NCBI RefSeq assembly: GCF_036321535.1
Contig: NC_087436.1
Span: 117,802,001 to 117,866,000, forward strand
Source of the DNA: Camelus dromedarius
Taxonomy: Eukaryota
Reading direction: 5' to 3'
DNA length: 64,000 nucleotides
Each line of letters starts with the position of its first letter. Within the stretch, counting starts at the first letter, position 1. Both the position numbers and the translations under genes were made by a program. The notes under the pieces were generated by a model. The model was given only the letters and a program-made list of their open reading frames with translations. It ran no database searches and was not told where the DNA came from. This document shows, piece by piece, positions 48,030-58,372 of this stretch.

Positions 48030-48800
48030 TTCCCACCCCCAGCTGTGTACACAGACAACCTCCACCTTTCTGAGCCTCAGTCTCCTTACCTGGAAAATGG
48101 GTATAGTAGCATCTACCTCTCTAGCCCGCTGTGAGGATGAAAGAAAATGATGTGCATGAGCCCGCGACACACAGTAGGTTCACAGGACGGGGGAGGTGGG
48201 GTCCTACTGTCCACACTCCACAGGCCCTCGGAGGAGCTCATGCATTCCAGCGCCAGGCAAACGGCTGGCAGTTCGGCTTAGGGACATATGTTAGCAACTT
48301 TACAGTCAGCAGAGGTCTGCCCAGCAATTGGCCCTGCTAGACTCTGGGCTTCCCTTAACTGATTCAGACACAGGGAACAGCTCCTCCCTTAACCCCCAGC
48401 TCCCTGGTGCCCAGGGAGGAGACACAGCCTTCCAGGGACTTGGCCAGGCCAACCAAAGTGGATGCAGTGACAGTCTGGGCTGCTGAACCTGGGCAGTGAG
48501 CCCCTGCTGCCATTTACTTGAGGGCCAGAGTTGTTACCTGGTCCTTTATCTGCATCATCCTGTGGCCGGGGGCTGCTCCCCACCACCTGGGAGGCAGTAC
48601 CTGGGCTTTGGTATCAGACACACCTGGTCTGTGCCCCACACTGTCACTTTTTAGTTACTGTCCTCTGGGTAGGTGGCATCACTCTTCTGAACCTCAGTTT
48701 CCTCTTCGGTAAAATGGGAGTAAAATGACCCACATCCTGTAGGGTTGTTGTGAGGATGAAATGAGGTGAAGGGTGCTAAGACTGCACGCGTGATGGCTTG
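48030..48800 (+). mobile_element. Two MIRs (48030-48180; 48600-48800)
   Basis: CTGAGCCTCAGTCTCCTTACCTGGAAAATGGG; CTGAACCTCAGTTTCCTCTTCGGTAAAATGGG...GGGTTGTTGTGAGGATGAAATGAG. Confidence 0.75.
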
Positions 48801-49329
48801 AGAAATGTTACCCAGGTTATTTCCCACCGAGACCAATGCCAGGGGCAGAGCTGAAGATAATCAGACCTCCCGTGTGCACAGGAAGGGACAAACACAGGGC
48901 AGGTGCTACAGCCAGGCCCCCGGAGGAAAGGTGGACGGATGGCAGTGCTTGGCCTGGGGAGGGCCTGGCTGGTCAGAGGCCTCAGGACACACTTGTTGAC
49001 TAGAGAAATAAGGAGTTACCCAAGGGGACCTGATCTTCACCTTCAACTTGTGTAAGACCTAGGAGCCAAGTCACCCTACGTGGGGCTAAGGCAGGGCTCA
49101 AGGTAAGGAAATGTCTTCCTGCAGCCAGGGCAGTCCAGGGATAGAAGATGACGCCTCCAGTGGAAGTGAGCTCCCCATCACGGCACACATGCAAATCAGG
49201 TTGGGAGAACTGTGGGCGGAGATGTAAAGAGATGCCTGCGCTGGGTGGGAACTTTGCCTCTGTGATGTCCAAGGTCCTTTCCAACCTGACAGCCTCTGAT
49301 TCTAGGAGAAGCTTTCTTTTCCAACTCCC

Positions 49330-49700
49330 CTATCAGTTTTGGTAGCCCGATGCTGCGGCAAACAACCTCCGTGTCTGGCTGATTAGTGTTATAGAAGTTT
49401 CTTTCTTGGCCTCAGCCTGCCTCCAGGCGGTGACTCAGGCCCAGGCTCCTTCCATCTTGTGTTCCCACCATCCCTCCAGCCTCTGACTTCTGTACTGGAT
49501 CCTCTGCATGAGGCTAGAAAATGGAAGGAAAGAAAGAGTAGAGGATTGCTTGGAAGGTGTTTACGAACCAGTCTTGGAAAATAACCAGCCTTGCACGTAA
49601 CGTCTCCCCATGTTCTATTGGCCAGAACTGTAAGGGAGCCTGGGAACTGTACTCCCACTGAATGTCCAGGAAGAAGAGGAAGCGGATGTGGTGAGCAGCC
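49330..49700 (-). mobile_element. MLT1 LTR fragment
   Basis: GATGCTGCGGCAAACAACCTCC...CAGGCTCCTTCCATCTTG...CCCATGTTCTATTGGCCAGAAC...GGGAGCCTGGGAACTGTA. Confidence 0.7.
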
Positions 49701-49729
49701 AGTTAGTCAGGGCCGCACTATGCAGGGGG

Positions 49730-51550
49730 CTCATTCATTCATTCAATGAACACTTAGTGAGCACCTACTATGCGCCAGGCCCTGCCATGGGATGTAAACG
49801 TGGCTCAGATGCAGTCCTGGTCTCCAGGAGCCCACAGCCTCACATTCACAGCCTGGATACATCAAACAGCAACGGTCATAGAGTTTGGCGGAGATGACAG
49901 ATGTCCTTCAACACGGCACCACCATAGTGTAGGGAAATGATCTCTCAGGGCCCCTGCCTCCTCCTCTGTAAGTTAGGGAGAACGCTGTTTACCTCAAAGA
50001 GTAATATACGCCAAGCTCTCACACAGCCCAGCACATGGTAAGCTCTCTAACAAGGGCAGCGAATATTTATTAGTAACTGTGCTTTTCAGCACCAGTCCTC
50101 TTTGAGTATTTTGGGGTTGGGTCAGGAGATGCTGGGGACCACAGTGCCACAATGGTGGCATTCCAGGTACCCTAGCAGGGCGAAAGGAGGACAAGCACTT
50201 GGTTGTAGACACAGGAGACTGATGGCCCTCAAACCCTCACATGCGGTGGCCCAGGCAGAGCCACGCAGCCAGGCTCCACCCTTTAAGGGAAGGCAACGTC
50301 TGAAGCAGGCGTGTGGGTTTCTCAGTTCCCCAGCATGACAGCCTCTCTGGAAATCATAATTCAGGGGAGTTTTTCTCTTCTCTTCTGAGGCAAAGCAAAA
50401 AGAACTCTATCCCCACACCTCTAGAAGAGAGATGGTAGAATGGGAAATGTATGATCAGAGAGGTTTAGCAACTTTCCTGCAGTCACAGAGCTGGGTAGAA
50501 GAGCAAGGATTCCAGCCCAAGTCAGACTGCTTAATAACTTGTCTCTCAGGACATGAGAACAAAATTTGTAGGGGAGATCGTAATTCAAGTTCAGTCTCCA
50601 ATGTCAGCATCAGCTGGTTTCTCAGAAAATAAGGATGTTGGAAACTCTTCCCAACCAGGAGATCACTGAGAAGCACTTTGTGTGTGATCCTGTCCCAGGT
50701 CGAGCACGCAGCAACAGCAAACTGGACAGAGATCCAGCGCAGCGGTTAGAAACACAGACTCTGAGAGTCAGGCTCCTCCGCTTAGTAGCTGTGGCTCACT
50801 GGGAAAATCACTCACCTTCTCTGTGCCTCAGTTTGCTCCTCTGTTGAAAGAGAATGATGAAAAAAATACCCAGGAAGTGCCATGTGAGTGTGATTTTTAT
50901 TATCACCTGTGCGCTGACACGGTGAATTCCTAATGGTTTGGTAAGCTACTGATATTTGCAAATGGATAGGAAGGTGTTTTAAGCTAGACTTTTGAATTTT
51001 TCTTTTAGGGGCTGGAAAAACTCCAGTCATCTTAGCTCTGGGGAAAGTGTTCAGGTTAAGAGAAGTTTGAGTCTAGGAATCCAACTGCCTTCATTTTACA
51101 GATGAGCAAACTGAGGCTGGAGAAGAGAAGAACCTTGCCCTGGAGCTCTGGCTGACTCAGGGAATCCCAGTGCCCAAGTCTCGGAACCTTTGCCTCCCCT
51201 TCCTGCTGCAGGAGACAGCACCAGGCTTTGGTTAATTTGTGTGATGGAAACCACAGCAGCCCAGGTGAAGCAGATGCTGGAGAATTGTAGCCACATCTGT
51301 GCAGCAGCAAGGGGTCTCAGCACTTTTCAATTCCACAAATATTTAGGCATGGTTTCTGCACTCACAGTCAAGCAAGAAGACAGATGCAAATAAATAATTC
51401 CATCTGGGCCCAGCAATGAAGGCTGTATGACCTTGGGCAAGTTAAGTGACTCCTCTAAGCCTCGGTTTCTCCATCTGTAACGTAGGATGAATGACACCCA
51501 TTTAAATCCCAGAGTTGACATGAGGATGAAATGAAGTAGCGACAGCAACT
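49730..51550. mobile_element. Mixed L2 and MIR/MIR3 fragments
   Basis: L2 CATTCATTCATTCAATGAACACTTAGTGAGCACCTACTATG (49732); MIR cores near 49970, 50460, 50800, 51090 and 51420. Confidence 0.65.
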
Positions 51551-51664
51551 AACACCCTAGTAGAAGTTCTGAAAATTGGAGTTCTTTCCTGTTCTCCCCT
51601 AATTGGAGAGGGAGCCACTGCACTTGGATTTCTAAGGCTTTTTGCATAACCAAAGAAGATGATG

Positions 51665-51995
51665 TGGATGGACCTAGAGATGATCATATTGAGTAAAGTA
51701 AGTCAGAGAAATACAAATATCATACAGTATCACTTATTTGTGGAATCTACAAAAATGATACAAAAGAACTTATTTACAAACCAGAAGCAGACTCACAGAC
51801 ATAGAAAACAATCTTACGGTTACCAAAGGAAGGGAGGGATAAATTAGGAGTTTGGAATTAATAGATACTACTACTATAACTTTACTGTATGTAAAATAGA
51901 TAAACAACAAGGACCTACTGTATAGCACAGGGAACTATATTCAATATCTTATAGTAACCTATAATGGAAAATAATCTGAAAAAGAATTATATATT

Positions 51996-52028
<33 letters not shown>

Positions 52029-52113
52029 GTATATATATAGCTGAATCACTTTGTTGGACACCTGAAGCTAACATAATATTGCAAACCAACTATACTTCAA
52101 TAAAAAAAAAATT
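51665..52113 (+). mobile_element. Young L1 3' end with internal (TG)n(TA)n
   Basis: TGGATGGACCTAGAGATGATCATA...ACAGACATAGAAAACAA...TATAGCACAGGGAACTATATTCAATATC...CTATACTTCAATAAAA; outer TSD AAAGAAGA(T/G)GATG at 51652-51664 and 52273-52285. Confidence 0.92.
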
Positions 52114-52126
52114 AAAAAGTAATTTA

Positions 52127-52257
52127 GAGGAAAGGGTATAGCTCAGTGGCAGAGCATGTGCTTAGCATGCACGAGGTCTTGGGTTCAATCCCCAGTACCT
52201 CCATTAAATAAATAAATAATAAATAATTTAATAACTGCTCCTCAAAAGATAAAAACA
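52127..52257 (+). mobile_element. tRNA-derived SINE (vic-1-like) nested in the L1 poly(A) tail
   Basis: GGGTATAGCTCAGTGGCAGAGCATGTGCTTAGCATGCACGAGGTCTTGGGTTCAATCCCCAGTACCTCC (A and B boxes); TSD AAAAA(G/A)TAATTTA at 52114-52126 and 52258-52270. Confidence 0.93.
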
Positions 52258-52904
52258 AAAAAATAATTTAAAAAAGAAGAGGATGGTTACAATATATAGG
52301 AGGAGGTGCACCGTGCCAGCCGGGCCAGCATTCTCTCAGCTTGGTGATTTCATCAGGTCTGAGGAATTAAAGGCAAAAGTTATTGGCTCCTAATGCACCA
52401 CTGAGCCTGTCCACTCTCCAGGTAATCCACTGTCTGTATCTGATAAATTGGGGTCAGAATCAGAAACACAATTCCAAAAGATGCTGGAAATGCACAGTCC
52501 TTCCTTCAGAGCATTTTACAACTGCAAAATCGCTGTGATTCACTCCTGGTGTGTGTGACAGGCCCCGAGACCCAGCAGAGCACAGCCCTGGGGTCACCCA
52601 GACCAGGGGCGGCTTTGCTCCACCCCGTGCGGGCTGGGCAGTCATAGGGGCCGCTCTGCCTTGTCTGAGCACCAATTTCCTCATCGGTGAAAATGGAAAC
52701 AATCCCATCCAATGACCAACTGAATTGCTGGCATATAATTGAAACCCAAAGGAAACTGTTTCACGGAGACACTGCAGTGCCTACGACAGTGCTTAGAGCG
52801 TAGGAAGCACTCATTCAGCAGTTACTGAATGAACAGCACCGAGCAGGCGCTCAACATACGTGTATTGAACGGGCGATTAAATAAATATAGGGATGGAAGT
52901 ACGT

Positions 52905-53123
52905 CTTCCTTCTTCTTCCTTCCTTCCTTCCTTCCTTCCTTTCTTCCTTTCTTCCTTTCTTCCTTCCTTCTTTCTTCCTTCCTTCCTTTCTTCCTTCCTT
53001 CCTTTCTTCCTTTCTTCCTTCCTTCCTTTCTTCCTTCCTTCCTTTCTTCCTTTCTTCCTTCCTTCCTTTCTTCCTTTCTTCTTTCTTCCTTCCTTCCTCC
53101 CCCCCCCCTTCCTTCCTTTCTTC
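52905..53123 (+). repeat. Homopyrimidine (CTTC/CTTT)n compound microsatellite
   Basis: About 220 bp of C/T only. Confidence 0.97.
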
Positions 53124-53269
53124 TAGCAGAGAGGATGCAGAGAGGTTAAACAACGTACCCAGGCTCACAGACATAATTAGAGTCTGCCTCCGATGTTTAG
53201 GCCTGGTTCTGTCTGGCCCCGCGTGCCTTGTACTTTCCACTGTGTCTGGAAGTTTCTTAGAAGCCCCTG

Positions 53270-53760
53270 AAGGTATCAATTAGGACTGCTCTCGATAGTA
53301 ACTTCAGCAATAAAGACATGTATTTCTCTCCCCTAAGGAGCAGTAGGAGGCGGCAGTTCAGGCCTGGAGCAGCCACTGAACGTCGCATCCCGGCACCAGG
53401 CTCTTCCCACCCTCAGACAGCTGGCTGTTTGTCCTAATGTGTGTTGCTTTCTGGTCACAAATGGCTGCTACAGCTCCAGGCATCGCAACTGGGTTCCAAG
53501 ATGGAAGGGGGAAGAAAGTAGGGGGAGGGGCATTTCCTGAAGTTGTTTCCTTTTTTGTTAACAAAGGAAAAAGGTACTCAGAGGCAGATGTCTCAGAAGA
53601 CGCTCCCTTATGCCTCTCGGGCTAGCTCGGTGGCCTGGCTACAAGGTAGGCTGAGAAAGTCAGCCCCAGGGGAGGCTGATGGGGTGGCCCAGATCAGTAG
53701 TCATCTCACAGGGACGGGCTCACCGCTGCTCTGAACAAAATCAGGGTTAGGAAGGCGAGG
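53270..53760 (-). mobile_element. MLT1J/K-like LTR
   Basis: GGTCACAAATGGCTGCTACAGCTCCAGGCATCGCAACTGGGTTCCAAG...CTACAAGGTAGGCTGAGAAAGT...AACAAAATCAGGGT. Confidence 0.7.
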
Positions 53761-54049
53761 GAAGAGGCAGGGGCTGCAGACCTAGTGACATCCTCACTGG
53801 CAAGGGAGGAAACTGAATCCAATGTTCTCCTCAAGGACAGGCTCTGGGGGTTATCTATCCCTGTATGGACTCTCTGAGTCCAGAGAGCACAGGTCAGGGC
53901 TTCCCGGGAGGTGCCGCACACGAGAGAGATGATTTACTGGGCTGTGCTGGGCTGTGCTGGAGCAGCGCTCCGTATCCACTCGGGGTGAGGGGGGCGACAA
54001 GTCCCTTCTTCAATTTGCTTTCAATCCTTCCGATTACATCTTGGAGGGA

Positions 54050-54600
54050 TGATAAAATAAATGTGATGAGTGGTCTTTGGTTGTATCCTGGATTTAAAAG
54101 GAAAAAAAAAAGCTCCAAAGGACATTATTGGGGTAACTGGGGGGAATTCGAATGTGGATTAGAAATTAGATAATAGAAACGAATCAATGTTAAATTTCCC
54201 GAGTGTGATCATCGTGATTGTGGTTACATAAGAGAATGTCTTTGTTCTAGGAGATACGCTGAAGTAGTTAGAAGTCAAGTGTCATTGATGTTTGCAAATA
54301 GCTCACAAGGAAGAGTACACACTTCTATGCATCATACATTTATATACATATACAAACATAACTCTACATACACATCCACACGTATAAGTAACTGTGGACG
54401 TAAATGTGTGGACTATATATGTGTACAAATATACATTTTACATAGATAAACAGAGAAAGAAAACAAACACGGCAGATGTTAACATCTGGGGAATCTAAAC
54501 TCTAAATAAATGGCATAGGGAGGTGCATTCATGCAACTTTTAATAGGTTTGACATTTTTCAAAATGGAAAGTTAGGAAAATCATAAATTAAAAATTTTAA
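54050..54600 (+). mobile_element. L1MC/ME 3' end
   Basis: AAAGGACATTATTGGGGTAACTGGGGGAATTCGAATGTGG...CAATGTTAAATTTCCCGAGTGTGAT...TTTGACATTTTTCAAAAT. Confidence 0.8.
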
Positions 54601-55127
54601 AAGAGGCAATTCCAAGAAAAATACTAAATAAGTACGTACCGTGCTAACAAGCATCACAGCAGCAGATAAAATCTCCCCGGCGGGGTCCACGGGCCCAGAT
54701 TTGAGGACCGCCGATGCCAGTTCTGAGGGTATATTTCAGCATCAGTTATCCTGAAGCTTGAATTCCCTCCTGTGTTAAACGGGACGATTTTACATCATCC
54801 TGGAATGGCTGGTACTGGCCTTCCAGGAACGTGGTGAGAATTGTATGAAATACACACAGAGTTCTTGGTGCAAAGCCTGGCACAGAAGCCGAGTGACAAG
54901 GAAGTCTCACTGCGCTGTGTGTCCCCAGTAAGTACCACTGGGCCCGGCACATAGTAGGGCTGTTAAGGATTGGGTGTGGCTGACTCAGGCAGGTCGCATC
55001 ACCAGGCTTGGTCTCCTGGCTTACCCAGCTCCTGCTTTGTTTCTTCCCACATCTCGTGGCCTCAGAGAGGTCTCCTCGATGGGATATTTGGAGACTGAAG
55101 TCACAAAAAGACACCCCCACAACCCAG

Positions 55128-55142
55128 TGCGCGCATGCGCAC

Positions 55143-55192
<50 letters not shown>
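55128..55192 (+). repeat. (CA)n microsatellite with a CG/CA alternating lead-in
   Basis: TGCGCGCATGCGCACACACACATATACAC... Confidence 0.95.
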
Positions 55193-55194
<2 letters not shown>

Positions 55195-55749
55195 CCTTTA
55201 TCTCATTATCATAGTCCCAGAGAGTAATTTCTGGTGTCTCCGGTCCCAGAGAGCCTTGATCAGTAGAATCCAGGGCTGGGTGAGGGAGGCAGCCACCCCT
55301 CAGTGCATTGGGGTGGGGTTAATTCCATTTTCCTGTCCCTGCATCCATCCGAGGCCCTGGGGCGCCCCCTCGCCCCCTCCAGGGTCCGGAGCCTGGCAGT
55401 GTGGAGGGGCTGAGCAGCCAGGAGCAAACCTCCCCCGCCAGCACCATCACCACGGGCAGCACCTGCCAATCCCCACTGCCCCCCAAGGCTCTGCGTGGGC
55501 CATGCTAATCCCATTAGCCACAAATGAAGATGTAATCATAGCTCTTTCAAAGGGCCTCCAAGGCTGATTCCTCTTTGGAAAGAGAAAAGAAAGTGCAATT
55601 GTCCGAGCCACTGACTTCTGAAGCTCCTGCTGCGATGAGGGGACACAGAGTTATTTGGGGCGGCAGCCGCTCAGCTGGGAAGGGGTAGAGGCAGCCTGCG
55701 TGTGGGGCACAGAGCAGGGCGGGGGTGGGGTGGGGTGTGCCAGGGGCCA

Positions 55750-56100
55750 GATCCCACATCGACTTGCCCTGTGACCTCGGCTAGACCTCCCAACCCTCCG
55801 CACCTCACTTGTGCATCTTCCAAATGGCAGTGAAGTGTCTTGCACAACCCGGGGCTGGGCAGCTGCGTGTGCAGGTGAGATACACCCGGACGCGAGGGCC
55901 CTGTTGGTGTTGGCAGTACGTCCTCTTGGTTGTGCTAACCTTTATCGGGCACTTACTAGGTGCCAGGCATTTTTCTGATGCTACTGTCATTCCCACTTTA
56001 GAGACAAAGAAACTGAAGCACAGAGAGGCCAAGTGACTTGTTCAAAGTCACAAGGCTGCACAGTGATGGCCGAGTTGAATGCCAGCTAGACCAGGAACAC
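55750..56100. mobile_element. Two MIRs in opposite orientation
   Basis: CTGTGACCTCGGCTAG...CCTCACTTGTGCATCTTCCAAATGG (+); CCCACTTTAGAGACAAAGAAACTGAAGCACAGAGAGG (-). Confidence 0.7.
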
Positions 56101-56402
56101 AAAGCTTCACCTGCCTGAACAACTGTTGCTTTTGAACAGAAACTGTAGTGTCTGGTGAATAACAAAGAATCGTTCAATTTTTGCCCAGAAACAGGATCGT
56201 CCTGCCCTTTGGCCGTGCCCTTTTAAGTTCTGAGCTGCAGGGAGATGAAAGGTTTACCCATGGCTTGGTCCTCCGTCCCCCTAGCCTGGACTCCACGTGA
56301 GCCTCACTGCCCTGTGATAATCCCAATGACTGTCATCACTGAGCCAGTGTGGAGCACTGTGTACCAGCCGCTGTCGTGTGTGCATTATGTATAATTAATC
56401 AT

Positions 56403-56583
56403 CAGTGACGTGGCGGGAAATGTTCAACAACCAGCTCTCCGAGAAAAGCCCCTGACCTGTAGCATTTGCCAGTTTCCAAGGTGTAAATGCTCCCACCCCA
56501 ACCATGGCCGACTCCAGATGTGACGTGATGGGGGGCTGGGAAGACGGACAGAGCCGGTACTGGAATGGCTCCAGCACACCAAC
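56403..56583 (-). mobile_element. MER63-like hAT element
   Basis: CAGTGACGTGGCGGGAAATGTTCAACAACCAGCTCTC...GTAGCATTTGCCAGTTTCC...GGCTCCAGCACACC. Confidence 0.7.
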
Positions 56584-57070
56584 AATGAATAACTCATGGC
56601 AGCCCAGTGCTGGAGGAGGGTACCATTATCATGCCAATTTTATAGATTAGGGGCTTTATAAATTCGAGGTTAAGATGATTGTGTCCCAGGATCACCTCTC
56701 AAATAAACCCCAGCACTGAAATCCTGGTCTCAGGGATGGCGTCTGCGACCCTGGGCAAAGACACTGCTCTCTGAGTACAGGTCTGTGTTCTAACTCCCCT
56801 TCTGATTTCCCAGGGCCAAGTCCACCCCCGGCCAGACAATGACCTCCCCAAGGGCAAGGAGCCTGACACAAAGCACGAGCACCAGGCACGCGCCAAGTGA
56901 CCGGTAAATATTTGGAGTGTTGAATCGTATGCTTCAATTGCAGTTGACTCTCCTACCCTGTCCGAGGTCACGCAGGTAACCGGTTGCAGGGGCCACGACT
57001 GGGACCCAGGACTCTCGGCTTTGGGGGAATCATACCTTCAGTGTCAGTTCCAGTGTGAAGGCGGAGGTAT

Positions 57071-57675
57071 TGTCACACCCGAGAAAGGGGATGCAAAGCT
57101 CTGACTGTTTCTGGGAGGGAAGCAAAGGGGCCGCGGGTTCACACTTTGCATCATCAATGCCCCTTAGCTCCTTTGCTGTTGTCGTCACCATCCAGAGCAG
57201 TACGTACCTGTGGCGCCGACTGGCGTCCTTCAAAGTCCAGCGACCCCCGTTCCTGGGCTCTCCGATGTCTGCCTGGATCCCTCAACGCATAAAGCACATC
57301 TTTACTGGGCGTGTTTGCCCTAACAAACTAACAGCCCTAGGTCATGCCTAATCCCTCAATAGCTCAGGCTGCTTCATTTCAGTCCATATCTCCACCTTAT
57401 CAGTCATAAACCCCACCACCCCTTCATGGACCCTAAACTTCTTACCTCACCTACAACCAGTCAAAACCTTGTGTGCAAGCTGATCACACAGCCCCAAATC
57501 CACTGTGTTCACCAACGCCTCCCCACCATAAAAGACCTCAGCAACCGCCCCCCGTTGCTCACTCAGGCACCTCTCATCGGGGGTCTATGGCAGTGTAACC
57601 CAGTAAACTTTCTATTCTCATCTTTTGGTAAATTCTTTTACCGCCCATGAAACCGGCCCACTCTGTCCCCCAACA
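57071..57675 (+). mobile_element. ERV1-class solo LTR
   Basis: TGTCA...CAACA termini; 4-bp TSD GTAT/GTAC; TATA-like CATAAAA (~57527), poly(A)-like AGTAAA (~57602), U5 motif GGTAAATTCTTTTACCGCCC. Confidence 0.75.
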
Positions 57676-57902
57676 GTACCTTCTACGTGTTGGGGACTGG
57701 GCAAGGTCAAGGGCACCAGGATGAGATCTGTAGAACACTTGAAAGTTTTCAAGGTTTTCTTCACTTGCATGATGTCAGTGTTTCCTGAGATCCGGTAGCA
57801 TTCCCTTGGGGGCAACCAGGATGACATCATTGGTCGTGAACCTTTTAGAATGTTAATACTTAGACACTTATTTTAATATGTGCTCAAAAATATTTCTAGT
57901 AC

Positions 57903-58372
57903 ATTGCATTAGTTAGGAATAGATCACTGCAATTGACAAACAACAATAAACCTGTGGCTTCAATGAGAAAAATGTTTACCACTCCTTTGGTTAAAGTCAA
58001 GGGCTGGAATGGCAGTCTACAAGATCTAGGCCCCACCTTCTTCCCTCTTGTTACTCTGCTGTGTAGGACTTCCATTCTCAAGGTCACCGCAAGGTCTAAT
58101 CTGGTTGCTGCAGTTCCAGCCATCATGCCTACATTCCAGGCAGCAGAAAGCAGAACAGGAAAGGAAAAAAACACATTCTTCTCCTTTAACTCATACCTTT
58201 TGGTTACATCCATTGATCAGGACAGTTTACAAAACCACACTTCACCAAAAGAGAGGCCAGGACAGTAAGTTTTTATTCTAGCAACCCTGGAGCCAGGCAA
58301 AGAAATCAGAGTTCTTCCACAGGGAAGAAATGGAGAGTAGTTTTTGTGCAAGAGACAGTGGTCTTTGCCACA
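57903..58372 (-). mobile_element. MLT1 LTR, apparently inserted in an older AT-rich DNA-transposon remnant (57690-57900 and 58373-58520)
   Basis: TGCATTAGTTAGG...GGTTGCTGCAGTTCCAGCCATCATGCCTACATTCCAGGCAGCAG...TACATCCATTG...GTCTTTGCCACA. Confidence 0.7.

Noticed and set aside
52127..52202. tRNA-like sequence with A and B boxes
   Set aside because: Has an A-rich tail, a TSD and three more diverged copies in the window, so it is a SINE rather than a tRNA gene
52829..53279. Phe/Leu/Ser-rich and Lys/Glu/Arg-rich ORFs
   Set aside because: Translations of the (CTTC)n microsatellite
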